A DNA stretch of 59,463 nt, the filler included. It is 6 parts of 6 records of this genome, joined end to end, with 100 filler letters (N's around TTAATTAATTAA, not from the genome) between each part and the next. Parts side by side here need not be neighbours in the genome. Positions count along the whole stretch, not along the records: positions 8,289 to 21,599 come from SRR31156797_20101; positions 21,700 to 27,337 come from SRR31156797_20113; positions 27,438 to 43,397 come from SRR31156797_20116; 3 more parts are not named here. The stretch is one strand, 5' to 3'. Shown here one piece after another: positions 18,497 to 27,698 of the stretch. Under the pieces are notes generated by a model that did not search any database, had not been told where the DNA came from, and was given only the letters and a program-made list of their open reading frames with translations. A program made the translations under genes and the position numbers. Position 1 is the first letter of the stretch, and each line of letters starts with the position of its first letter.

Positions 18497-20412
18497 AACA
18501 ACCACCTAACTTCAAAAGTAGCACTTCTATCATAATCAGGGAAGGCATTATTTATCGTATTATTAAAATTACTTTTATCAATAGCTAGAGACTTTGTTGG
18601 TTTATCTAAGAGGTTTGTTCCTTTTAAACTAAAAGTAATGTTTTTTGTATAGTGATAAATAAATCCAAGATTTAAATTAAAACTATTTGGAACATCAAGG
18701 TCTAAATAAGAATATCCTCCTTTATAGATCAATGAGGTAAAATAGTCAAACTTTTCATATTTCCCCATATATTTAAAATAGCCACCTTTAGAGGTGTTAT
18801 TTGCTGTATGGTTGAGATGGGTAACATAATAGTTAAGTTTTACAATATCACGATTGGGTAAAGTATATTCATAATTTGCTATAACTCCATCTATTTTTAC
18901 AGCACTATCTACATTGATAAATCCTATTGGAGAGTAATAGATAAAGTCTTTAATTTGTACATTATAATAATCAAGATTGATCTTTGAATTCTCAAAAGTA
19001 TAGACACTATCTAAAATAAAATAATTATAATGTTGTGTTTTTAGGGTATCTGTTGTTTGTGCTTTAAAATCCATATTATAAAAAGAAGGAGTCATATGGC
19101 TTTTGGTATAAAATGCTTTAAAACCTAGGTTTTGTGTTGGAAGATAGATAGCTCCAACTTTATACAAATATTCTGTCTCATTTTTTAAAAGCTCACTTGA
19201 TCTATCATAATGATCGATTTTAACATTTGAGATAAGATGAAGGTTATCTTGAATTTTATAATCATCTTGTAATAAAATTGAATAGACATTTTCATTTTTA
19301 AAGTCATGAAAATGACCTTGGTCTGTAGTTGTATTTAAAAAGTTCGTACTGTATCTATTTTTTACATCATAGTTTTTATTTTGAAAGTTTATTGCACCAA
19401 AAAGTGTATGTGAATCTATTTTATACTCTTTTGATAAATAGGCGTTTAGTTTCATAAAACGAAGATCTTGATAGTATTGTTTTGGTATGGTTGTTCCCAT
19501 GTTTGTAAGATCAAAAACAGGAACTATAAAAAGCCCTTGGTCATTATATTCTGAATACTCTAGATCATTTATATCAAATGAGATAGATGATTTTAAAGAT
19601 TTGTCTCTATCCCAATAGGTACTCATATTGATAAAAAGATCTTGTGCTAATAACTCTCCATCATTTGGAGTAAGATCAGATGAATATCCCATATATTTAT
19701 CTTTTTTGATATCTGTATATCCAAGATCAATATTATTATTTTCATTATTCATATTTAAAAAGAGATATTGTTGATTGGTATTATTATTGAGCTTGATATT
19801 ATTATAATAGTTGTGTTTAAAACTATTTTGGTTTGATCCATGAACTAGATAAGACCAGCCATTTGATAAAATTGATGAATGGGTAAGCTCTTGTGAATTT
19901 GAATGGTTATTCGAACCACTGAGTGCTAGCTCTGTTCCATTCTCTTTTTTTGCATTTTTTGTATAAACACGTATAAATTGTAGTCCAGTTTCATTTCCTA
20001 AAGTAAGTGAAGCTTCTCCATAATATATCTCAATATGATCAATTAAACTAATTGGCATATCTATCCAACCAAGAGCAGGGGACTGGATATAGATGGAACT
20101 TACTTCATGGTCATTGATAAAGAGTCTAAAAAAACCATTTGCTTCTGTTTTACTTCCTGAAAATGAGATGGTATTTATCCCCATTCTATTGGTATTTATA
20201 TTATTGATAGGAATTTCTCTTAGGAGATCTGAGAGGGTTTGAAACTGCATATGTTGTAGTTCTTCTTGAGTATAGACTATAACATATCCCATTTTTTCAT
20301 CAAGGGTTTTTAAAGAGTTTTTTGAAGAGCTTTCATACTCTTTTAAAAGGGATTCTAAACTTGATGCAAAAAGAAAAGTACTAGTAAATATTATGAAAAA
20401 AATTAATCGCAT
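18493..20412 (-). CDS. TonB-dependent receptor-like outer-membrane beta-barrel
   Basis: Signal peptide; plug motifs (IVYTQEEL, TLSDLL, IDHIEIYYG); aromatic beta-strand pattern; ends GTNLLDK...FEVRWLF with terminal Phe. Confidence 0.88.
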   Translation of the reverse strand: MRLIFFIIFTSTFLFASSLESLLKEYESSSKNSLKTLDEKMGYVIVYTQEELQHMQFQTLSDLLREIPINNINTNRMGINTISFSGSKTEANGFFRLFINDHEVSSIYIQSPALGWIDMPISLIDHIEIYYGEASLTLGNETGLQFIRVYTKNAKKENGTELALSGSNNHSNSQELTHSSILSNGWSYLVHGSNQNSFKHNYYNNIKLNNNTNQQYLFLNMNNENNNIDLGYTDIKKDKYMGYSSDLTPNDGELLAQDLFINMSTYWDRDKSLKSSISFDINDLEYSEYNDQGLFIVPVFDLTNMGTTIPKQYYQDLRFMKLNAYLSKEYKIDSHTLFGAINFQNKNYDVKNRYSTNFLNTTTDQGHFHDFKNENVYSILLQDDYKIQDNLHLISNVKIDHYDRSSELLKNETEYLYKVGAIYLPTQNLGFKAFYTKSHMTPSFYNMDFKAQTTDTLKTQHYNYFILDSVYTFENSKINLDYYNVQIKDFIYYSPIGFINVDSAVKIDGVIANYEYTLPNRDIVKLNYYVTHLNHTANNTSKGGYFKYMGKYEKFDYFTSLIYKGGYSYLDLDVPNSFNLNLGFIYHYTKNITFSLKGTNLLDKPTKSLAIDKSNFNNTINNAFPDYDRSATFEVRWLF

Positions 20413-20499
20413 TAAATAACCCAAAATTTGAATTTTATATTATATATTTTTACCCATTAAAATAAAGAGTGAAGAAGTGATTTTTCTTTATTTTAAATA

Positions 20500-20508
20500 T
20501 GATACAAT
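20500..20508 (+). promoter_or_regulatory. Extended -10 promoter implying a leaderless mRNA for 20515..20916
   Basis: TGaTACAAT ends 6 nt before the ATG; no SD sequence between them. Confidence 0.55.
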
Positions 20509-20514
20509 TCAAAT

Positions 20515-20916
20515 ATGGAAAGTAATGAATTAATAACCTTAGAACAGGCAAAAGAGTTTGAACAAAATATTGTACAAAAACATTTTGATGAAACAGACAA
20601 AAAGCTCCTTAAATTAGTTTTATCCCAAATAAAAGGGGATAATGATATCTATCTATTTGATTTTTCACAGCTTGAAGATCTTGGGTTTGATGTGGTCAAT
20701 AATGAAAAAGAGCTTTTTGATAGTTTAAAAAAGATCGCTAATTTTTATGTGAATATTCAAAATGGAAGTGGAGACTATTATCAAATGGGTTTGATCCATA
20801 ATAAGTTTACGATAGATCAAGAAACAAAAATACTCTCTATAAAAATTCATAAAGAGCTTGTTCCTTTTTTAGGAAATTTAAAACACCAGTACGATCATAA
20901 ACAACTTAACTTATAG
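20515..20916 (+). CDS. Stand-alone Rep_3/RepB-initiator-like N-terminal winged-helix (WH1) protein
   Basis: DKKLLKLVLSQIK...ELFDSLKKIA...LSIKIHKELVPFLGNLK resembles WH1 of Rep_3 initiators by eye; the ORF stops where WH2 would begin. Confidence 0.6.
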   Translation: MESNELITLEQAKEFEQNIVQKHFDETDKKLLKLVLSQIKGDNDIYLFDFSQLEDLGFDVVNNEKELFDSLKKIANFYVNIQNGSGDYYQMGLIHNKFTIDQETKILSIKIHKELVPFLGNLKHQYDHKQLNL

Positions 20917-21599
20917 GATTAAGAGGGATTATTATGGTGAATTTTGCTCCTCTATGCTCTTTTTCATTAAAAGTATACGATACATTTTCTACTTTGATAG
21001 AACCTTTCATACTATTTGTAATAAGTGTATATGCCATATGTAAGCCTAATCCAGTTCCTTGAGATTGGTGTTTTGTTGTAAAATATGGCTCATAAATCTT
21101 TTCTATAATATCTTCGGGTATACCACCTGCATTATCTTTAAATACAATGATCACATGCTGATCTTTTACCTCTTGTGAAATAAAAATAAAACGATTATCT
21201 TCTGCATTATTTGCAAGGAGTGCATCTTTTGCATTATTAAAAATGTTGATAAAACATTGGATCAATTCATGGGGATACCCTTTTACTGTTATATCTTCAT
21301 GAAGATTTAAAATAACATGTAAATGGTATTGTTTGATAGTCCCATCAACTAGTTTTATAAAACTATCTGTGTCATTTTTAAGATCAAATCTTATAGGTTT
21401 TGAATCCCCTTTAATATATTTTTTAAACTCTTCTATCGTATGGGAGAGAAATTGTGCATTTTCATTAATGATTTCGCAAGAGTGATTGATGTCATTTTGT
21501 TCTAACAATCCATAATCATTTTTTGCTTTAAGACCTGTAGCAGCAGTAGAAATAACTGAAAGAGGTTGTCTCCATTGATGAGCAATGTTTCCTATCATT
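20906..21599 (-). CDS. Sensor histidine kinase, C-terminal part (5' end lost at contig edge)
   Basis: MIGNIAHQWRQPL H-box, INIFNNAKDA, DNAGGI, YFTTKHQSQGTGLGL. Confidence 0.92.
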
Positions 21600-21699
21600 N
21601 NNNNNNNNNNNNNNNNNNNNNNNNNNNNNNNNNNNNNNNNNNNTTAATTAATTAANNNNNNNNNNNNNNNNNNNNNNNNNNNNNNNNNNNNNNNNNNNN
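21600..21699. other. Artificial contig linker
   Basis: N-run + TTAATTAATTAA + N-run. Confidence 0.98.
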
Positions 21700-22274
21700 T
21701 TTTTATGAAAGGAAAGACCGATGGACGGACCGACGCTCTCGTAGAGGTGGGCCTGATGGCTCTTCATGATCTCGGTCAGGATATTGCTGATCCGTATGAT
21801 AAAGACATTTCTCGTCCCTTCGGCGATAAGATGATGGAAACGGAAGTCGGCCATGTAGAAGGCCTCGGGATTGTCGATATTGTTGATCATCACATCATAG
21901 GTCTCCTTAAGAGCCATGATGTCCGCTTCGTTGGCGTTATCGATGAAAAAGGAGACATTGGAAGACTCAAAGGACTGTCTAAATTCAAGCAGCATAAGGA
22001 GTTCTTCCTTCTCCACAAGGATAAGGGGTATCAGGGAATCAATGGCCGAAGAGGCCTTGAGTTTGGCCACATAGGTTCCCGAGCCGTGCTTCTTCACCAG
22101 CAGCCCCACCGCCGAAAGCTGATCGAGGGCCTGACGGACCGAAACCCTGCTGATATCCAGGGTGGAACAGAGCTCCATCTCGGACATGATCTTCTGTCCG
22201 GGCGTCCAGTTCTTCACCCGGATCTGCTCAACGATATAGTCATAAGCCTTCTGGCTCGGTCCAACCTGATTCAT
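21700..22274 (-). CDS. GntR/FadR-family transcriptional regulator (3' end lost at contig edge)
   Basis: HTH region SEMEL...SRVSVRQAL...GSGTYV; FCD motif DFRFHHLIAEGTRN. Confidence 0.9.
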
Positions 22275-22290
22275 TCAGAACCCCTCAAAG

Positions 22291-22335
22291 ATGTATTACA
22301 ACTTCGAGAATAGCATGTATTCTGTATTCAAACAA
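22291..22335 (-). promoter_or_regulatory. Sigma70-type promoter and putative FadR operator for the regulator gene
   Basis: Minus strand: TTGTTT-17 nt-TATTCT with TG extension, then TTGTAATACAT resembling the FadR-subfamily tNGTaNtACNa pattern. Confidence 0.55.
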
Positions 22336-22432
22336 GGGATTTTGAAAGATTGGGAATCCATGAGAAAGGGCACGGCCGGGGTTATCGTGGGTGCGACAGG
22401 CCATGCCCTTGGAAGAAGGCAGAATCAAATGT

Positions 22433-23449
22433 CTACCAGGAGAGCTTCACAACCTTGCCGGTCTCCAGAGACTCTTTGGCGGCCAGGGCGATCAGCACGG
22501 GAGCCAGCCCGTCATCGCCGCCCACCAGGGGCTCCTCACCCTTCTGAACCGCGTCGATAAAGGCCTGCATCTCGGATGTGAAGGCCTGCTGATAGCGCTC
22601 CAGGAAGAAGTGAAAGGGCTTTTCCGTATGGACGCCCGCGTCGTCGCTGATGACAGCGGTGCTCGGACAGTCGTTGGCGCTGAAGGCGGAGCCCCTGGAA
22701 CCGAAGACCTCGGCCCGCTGGTCGTAGCCGTAGGCCGCCCTCCGGGAGTTGTCGATAAGCGCCAGGGCTCCGTTGGAGAGCTTCATGGTTACGATGGCCG
22801 TATCCACATCTCCGGCCCTGCCGATCTCCTGATCAACCAGAACGGCCGCCGTGGCGCTCAGCTCTGTCACCTCGGCGCCCGAGAGGAAGCGGACCATATC
22901 GAAGTCATGGATCATCATATCCATAAAGAGTCCCCCCGATACCTTTACATATTCGATGGGAGGTGGAGAGGGATCCCGGGAGATGACGCGGATCATCTCC
23001 AGCTTCCCCAGCCTCCCCTCCAGGGCCGCGTCCTTAAGGGCCCGGAAGTTGTGGTCGAAGCGGCGGTTGAATCCCACCTGCAGCTTCACATCAGCCTCTT
23101 TGACGACGCGCAGGGTCTCTCGGATCTCTTCGGGATCCAGATCTATGGGTTTTTCACAGAACACATGCTTTCCGGCCTTCGCCGCCTCACGGGTCATTGC
23201 CGCGTGGGTGTCGGTGGACGAACAGACCAGCACCGCATCGATCTCGGGATCGGCCAGCAGGGCCTTGTGATCGTCCAGAACCTTGCTGATTCCCATTTCG
23301 GCAATCCACTCGCGGGACTGATCGCTCATGAAGGGATCGCAGATGGCAGCCACCTCGGCCCCGGGAATAAAGTAACTCAGGCTGCGGGCGTGCACATGAG
23401 CGATCCGCCCCGCGCCGATTATTCCAATCTTCATCTTCTTCATTGTCAT
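22433..23449 (-). CDS. iolG: Myo-inositol 2-dehydrogenase (Gfo/Idh/MocA family)
   Basis: IGAGRIA, CEKP, GFNRRFD, SRDP, DMMIHDFD and YGYDQRAE motifs. Confidence 0.92.
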   Translation of the reverse strand: MTMKKMKIGIIGAGRIAHVHARSLSYFIPGAEVAAICDPFMSDQSREWIAEMGISKVLDDHKALLADPEIDAVLVCSSTDTHAAMTREAAKAGKHVFCEKPIDLDPEEIRETLRVVKEADVKLQVGFNRRFDHNFRALKDAALEGRLGKLEMIRVISRDPSPPPIEYVKVSGGLFMDMMIHDFDMVRFLSGAEVTELSATAAVLVDQEIGRAGDVDTAIVTMKLSNGALALIDNSRRAAYGYDQRAEVFGSRGSAFSANDCPSTAVISDDAGVHTEKPFHFFLERYQQAFTSEMQAFIDAVQKGEEPLVGGDDGLAPVLIALAAKESLETGKVVKLSW

Positions 23450-23492
23450 TCCTTTTTCCCCTCCCGGAAGAGGGATTTTTCTTATCTGTTTT

Positions 23493-24515
23493 TTACTTCT
23501 TCTTACCGGTCCGGTAGACGTCCATCACAACCGCCCCGACGATGATCATTCCCTTGATGATCTCCTGGATGTAGGCGTTTACCCTCAGGAAGGTGAAACC
23601 GCTCTTGACCATACCCAGGATCAGAGAGCCGATGATGGTGCCGGGGATGGTCCCGATACCTCCGGAGAGGCTGGTTCCGCCGATCACGGCGGAGGCGATG
23701 GCGTCCAGCTCGAACTGCACTCCCATACTGGCTTGCCCGCTGTTTACTCTGGCGGCCAGCACGATCCCCGCCAGACCGGAAAGGAATCCGGCGAAGGTGT
23801 AGATCAGGATCTTGTACCTGGTAACATCGATGCCGGAAACCGTGGCCGCCGATTCATTCCCTCCGATGGCGTATACGTACTTTCCATAGCAGGTCTGGGT
23901 CAGAAGGACATAGACCACGACAGCCATGATGAGGTAGATCAGGACAGGCATAAATCCCGCGCCGATGGATGTAAAGGATTCGGATAGCATGCTTACGGGC
24001 TTGCCGGAGGTATAGAACTGGGCCATACCGCGGGCGGAGACCATCATCCCCAGGGTCGCGATAAAGGGGGGAATCCTGGTCTTCGCAATCAGCCAGCCGT
24101 TGAAGAACCCGCAGAGGGAGCCGAGGGCCAGCCCCGTTATCACGGGAATGGCAGCCGGCAGGCCCAGGAGGTTCTCATAAACCGGACGGGTGGCGTTTTC
24201 AGCCTGGGCCAGGCTGGCGGTAACGACGGCCACCAGGGCCACCACAGAGCCTGAGGAAAGGTCGATTCCTCCGGTCAGGATGATCTGGGTTACGCCGATG
24301 GCTATCAGACCGATCACCGACACCTGAAGGATCATCAGAAACAGCCGCTGGGGGCTGGCCAGGAAGGACCTGCCCACGGTAAACCATCCGATGATCTCGA
24401 AAAGGAGACCGATGGCCAGCAGGATAAACAATATCCCCAACTGCTTGGGTAGCTTTTTTTTCTTATCGCTCTTTTGGGACAGAACGTTTTCAGACATAGA
24501 TATACTCCTGTTCAT
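23493..24515 (-). CDS. Sugar ABC transporter permease (RbsC/IatP-like)
   Basis: GGIDLSSGS, IPPFIATLG, AIGGNESAA and ELDAIASAVIGGTSLSGG; start may instead be 24497. Confidence 0.93.
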   Translation of the reverse strand: MNRSISMSENVLSQKSDKKKKLPKQLGILFILLAIGLLFEIIGWFTVGRSFLASPQRLFLMILQVSVIGLIAIGVTQIILTGGIDLSSGSVVALVAVVTASLAQAENATRPVYENLLGLPAAIPVITGLALGSLCGFFNGWLIAKTRIPPFIATLGMMVSARGMAQFYTSGKPVSMLSESFTSIGAGFMPVLIYLIMAVVVYVLLTQTCYGKYVYAIGGNESAATVSGIDVTRYKILIYTFAGFLSGLAGIVLAARVNSGQASMGVQFELDAIASAVIGGTSLSGGIGTIPGTIIGSLILGMVKSGFTFLRVNAYIQEIIKGMIIVGAVVMDVYRTGKKK

Positions 24516-24574
24516 CCACCAAGGCTCCAGCGGAGCTCTGGTGATTATCTGGGATAGGGCCTGAGACCCTCAAC

Positions 24575-26065
24575 TTATAGTTTTTCACCTGAGGCCAGGG
24601 CCAGGACCTTCTCCTGATCGGCTTCCCCACGACAGAGGATCCCCGCCTGCTCTCCCTCGTGCATCACCAGGATCCGATCGCTCATGCCCAGGATCTCGGG
24701 CATCTCCGAGGAGATCATGATGACGGCCTTGCCCTCGGCGGCAAGGGAGTTCATAAGTCTGTGAATCTCAGACTTGGCACCCACGTCGATACCGCGGGTG
24801 GGCTCGTCCAGGATAAGGATCTCAGGCTGAGTCAGCAGCCAGCGTGAGATAAGGGCTTTCTGCTGATTGCCTCCGCTCAGGTTTCCGATGGCCTGATTCA
24901 GGGAGGGGGTTTTGATGCTGAGCTTGCCCACCTGGTCCTCGCAGTCGTGGTTGATGGTCTTATGGTTCAGAAACACGCCCTTCCTGTAGCCCCTGATATT
25001 GGCAATCTCGATATTCTCCTTGACCGAGAGCATCATAAAGAGGCCTGTCATCTTGCGGTCTTCCGTCAGCAGGGCCATCCCCTGCGCCAGGGCCTGGCTG
25101 GGATGGTCGATCTCGACCTCTTCCCCCTTAACCGAAACCACTCCGCCGCTCTTCTCCCGAACTCCGAAGATGGTCTCCACCACCTCGGTTCTTCCGGCTC
25201 CCATAAGCCCGGCGATCCCCAGGATCTCTCCGGCGTGGACCTCGAAATTCACGTCGCTGAACACCCCGTCCAGGGCCAGATCCTGAACGCTCAGAAGCAC
25301 GTCCCCCCTGGGCTTTTCTGTCCAGGGAAAGATCTGATTCAAATCCCGCCCCACCATCTTTGAGATCAGCTTGGCCTTATCCATCTCGGCTGCCGGAAAG
25401 GTTCCGATATACTGCCCGTCTCTGAGGACAGTGATATCGTCGGCCAGCTCGAACACCTCGTCCATCTTATGGGTGATATAGATCATAGAGACCTGACTTT
25501 CCCTAAGGTCGCCGATGATCCGAAACAGGTGGGCCACCTCTTTCTCGGTGATGGCGGATGTGGGTTCATCCATGATGATCAGTTCCGCATCATAGGAGAT
25601 GGCCTTGGCAATCTCCACCATCTGCTGATTCGCCACACTCAGATCTTCCATCCTTGTGTCGGGATTCAGATTTATATCCAGCCGCTGCAGCAGGGCCTTT
25701 GTTTTCTCCTTCATAAGGCCGTGGTCGATCAGACCGAAGCCCCTTTTAGGTTCCCGCCCCAGCCAGATGTTTTCGGCAATAGTCATATAGGGTACGGGAT
25801 TGAGTTCCTGATGGATCATAGAGATGCCGAGATTCAGGGCTGCATGGGGTCCGTTGATATCGACACTCTCCCCGTGGAAAAGCATCTGTCCCTGATCGGG
25901 TGTGTAGATACCCATTATAGATTTCATCAGTGTGGATTTACCGGCTCCGTTCTCACCCATCAGGGCGTGAACGGTACCCTTGCGAACTCCCAGGTTGACA
26001 CCGTCAAGGGCCAGAACCCCCGGGAACTCCTTGCGGATGCCCTTCATTTCCAAAACGTAATTCAT
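24575..26065 (-). CDS. Sugar ABC transporter ATP-binding protein with two NBDs (RbsA/IatA-like)
   Basis: [31 protein letters not shown]. Confidence 0.95.
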   Translation of the reverse strand: MNYVLEMKGIRKEFPGVLALDGVNLGVRKGTVHALMGENGAGKSTLMKSIMGIYTPDQGQMLFHGESVDINGPHAALNLGISMIHQELNPVPYMTIAENIWLGREPKRGFGLIDHGLMKEKTKALLQRLDINLNPDTRMEDLSVANQQMVEIAKAISYDAELIIMDEPTSAITEKEVAHLFRIIGDLRESQVSMIYITHKMDEVFELADDITVLRDGQYIGTFPAAEMDKAKLISKMVGRDLNQIFPWTEKPRGDVLLSVQDLALDGVFSDVNFEVHAGEILGIAGLMGAGRTEVVETIFGVREKSGGVVSVKGEEVEIDHPSQALAQGMALLTEDRKMTGLFMMLSVKENIEIANIRGYRKGVFLNHKTINHDCEDQVGKLSIKTPSLNQAIGNLSGGNQQKALISRWLLTQPEILILDEPTRGIDVGAKSEIHRLMNSLAAEGKAVIMISSEMPEILGMSDRILVMHEGEQAGILCRGEADQEKVLALASGEKL

Positions 26066-26082
26066 GTTTTTCTCCAGTAACA

Positions 26083-26113
26083 GCCGCCCGCCCTTCTTAT
26101 CCGGACGGACGGC
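26083..26113 (-). other. Intergenic stem-loop after the binding-protein gene (probable mRNA-stabilising hairpin)
   Basis: Minus strand GCCGTCCGTCC...GGGCGGGCGGC, 11 bp including G-U pairs, no U tract. Confidence 0.55.
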
Positions 26114-26130
26114 GGGGTCACATGAAACTA

Positions 26131-27087
26131 TTATTCAAGTCCCAGTTTCTGTCTGTACTCCATATAGTTATCCTGGGTCACGGACTCGAAGGGTATCCAG
26201 ACGATAGGCTCTACGGCCTCGCCTCTGGCCATCTGATAGGCAGCCTTGATAGCCCCTTCGCCCTGTCCCCTGGCATTCTGAAATACCGTGACGGTCAGCT
26301 CACCGCTCTTCATGGAGTCCAGGGCGTCGGGGGTGGCGTCCACACCGCCCACATAGATATCCCTGTTGGGAACGAGACCGGTGTTCTTCATGGCCAGGAT
26401 TGCACCAAGGGCCATCTCATCGTTGTTGGCGCATACCGCGTCGATCTTCATTCCTGCTGAGAGCCAGTTGCTCATCAGGTCCAGGGCGTTGGCTCTCTGG
26501 AAAAGAGCGGTCTGCTCATCCAGGACCTTGATATCGGGATAATCAGCCAGTATTTCTTTCACACCCTCTGTCCTGCCGCGTGTACCGGAGTGAGCCAGTT
26601 CTCCCAGCATAATAACCACATTTCCCTTGCCGCCCATCTTTTCAGCCAGAACCTTGGCCTGCTCACGACCGGCGACCTTCTCATCCGAACCGACGAATAC
26701 CACGCCTGAGGGGAGTTCTTCGTCGGGTTTCCTGTTTACATAGATAAGAGGAATTCCGGCGTCCTGGCACTTCTGGGTAATCTGGGCAGTGGCCTCGGTA
26801 TCGGCGGGATTGACGATGATGGCGTCATAGCCCTGGACAATAAAGTTCTCTACCTGGGCAAGCTGCAGCCCCACGTCGTTCTTGGCATCTTCAGCAAAAA
26901 CCTCGAGGTCCTCCACACCCTCGGCGTAATCCTCCATCGCCTCCCTCAGGTAGGTCAGAAAGTTGTCTGCAAACAGGGCCATCGAAACGCCGACGCGTAC
27001 AGTGCTGTCGCCCTGCCCTTCTGCAAAGACGGCGGTGGGCATCAGCAGCGCCGCCAGAACCAGTACCAGACCAAATCTCTTCTTCAT
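26131..27087 (-). CDS. Sugar ABC transporter substrate-binding protein (inositol/rhizopine-binding-like)
   Basis: Start ATG 27087 after AGGAG; spirochaete-style signal ...[34 protein letters not shown]. Confidence 0.9.
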   Translation of the reverse strand: MKKRFGLVLVLAALLMPTAVFAEGQGDSTVRVGVSMALFADNFLTYLREAMEDYAEGVEDLEVFAEDAKNDVGLQLAQVENFIVQGYDAIIVNPADTEATAQITQKCQDAGIPLIYVNRKPDEELPSGVVFVGSDEKVAGREQAKVLAEKMGGKGNVVIMLGELAHSGTRGRTEGVKEILADYPDIKVLDEQTALFQRANALDLMSNWLSAGMKIDAVCANNDEMALGAILAMKNTGLVPNRDIYVGGVDATPDALDSMKSGELTVTVFQNARGQGEGAIKAAYQMARGEAVEPIVWIPFESVTQDNYMEYRQKLGLE

Positions 27088-27141
27088 AAAAAATCTCCTT
27101 CTCAATATCTTTATTCCGTCTCTTGACCAGGCCTCTGCGAT

Positions 27142-27336
27142 TCAAGAGAACAGAAATGTATTGCTCGCTTCTATCTCCTTTTCCAGTACAGACGCTTCCA
27201 GGACCTGAACCGCAGGGGAAAAGGCCTCATAGGAGACAGGCCCTTCATACCCGGATTCCAGCAAAGCCTTCAGCTGTCCCTTATTATCCATACGGTCATT
27301 CTCACCTATCAGTATGCGGTGATCGTCGGTGATCTT
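27142..27336 (-). CDS. C-terminus of a TIM-barrel sugar isomerase/epimerase (IolI-like); not in the ORF track
   Basis: Manual translation: KITDDHRILIGENDRMDNKGQLKALLESGYEGPVSYEAFS...NTFLFS*; GYxGPxSxExF is typical of the xylose-isomerase-like family; inositol context. Confidence 0.7.
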   Translation of the reverse strand, partial: KITDDHRILIGENDRMDNKGQLKALLESGYEGPVSYEAFSPAVQVLEASVLEKEIEASNTFLFS

Positions 27337-27337
27337 C

Positions 27338-27437
27338 NNNNNNNNNNNNNNNNNNNNNNNNNNNNNNNNNNNNNNNNNNNNTTAATTAATTAANNNNNNN
27401 NNNNNNNNNNNNNNNNNNNNNNNNNNNNNNNNNNNNN
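27338..27437. other. Artificial contig linker
   Basis: N-run + TTAATTAATTAA + N-run. Confidence 0.98.
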
Positions 27438-27456
27438 CCAACTGCTCCACCCCGCA
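27438..27456 (-). tRNA. 5' fragment of initiator tRNA-Met, cut by the contig end
   Basis: Minus strand TGCGGGGTGGAGCAGTTGG matches the acceptor/D-arm start of bacterial tRNA-fMet; anticodon not visible. Confidence 0.7.
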
Positions 27457-27496
27457 ATATATTTTTAACTTTAAGTAGTTTCCTTTTTTGCGGTTG

Positions 27497-27528
27497 CAAA
27501 TATAGAGTGTTTATTTTTCTTAGCCAAA
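27497..27528 (-). promoter_or_regulatory. Bacteroidota housekeeping promoter for the tRNA
   Basis: TTTG (-33) at 27525-27528 and TATATTTG (-7, TAnnTTTG) at 27497-27504. Confidence 0.65.
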
Positions 27529-27659
27529 TAAAAATCAATAAAAGAATAGCTTTAAAATGTATGTATCAGAGCAAGAGTGTGCTAGCTTATATTAATTAGA
27601 GCGATACCTTGATGGATTTAACTTTATGCAGTATAAATTCGCCAAGACATATTATTTTT

Positions 27660-27667
27660 TAACTTTG
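27660..27667 (+). promoter_or_regulatory. Bacteroidota -7 element for M23-dxr
   Basis: TAACTTTG; matching TAnnTTTG elements also precede rseP (29778), tatA (31148), tetR (35351), gcvH (37026), the sigma54 activator (39680) and PiT (45249). Confidence 0.6.
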
Positions 27668-27698
27668 CTTCATCAATTCACGATCATTAAAATAATCG

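Noticed and set aside
20413-20916. Integrated plasmid origin around the Rep_3-like gene
   Set aside because: No iterons, partition, integrase or att-like repeats seen, and the ORF lacks the second winged helix.
22391-23545. 384-aa plus-strand ORF
   Set aside because: Antisense shadow of iolG, typical of high-GC coding regions.
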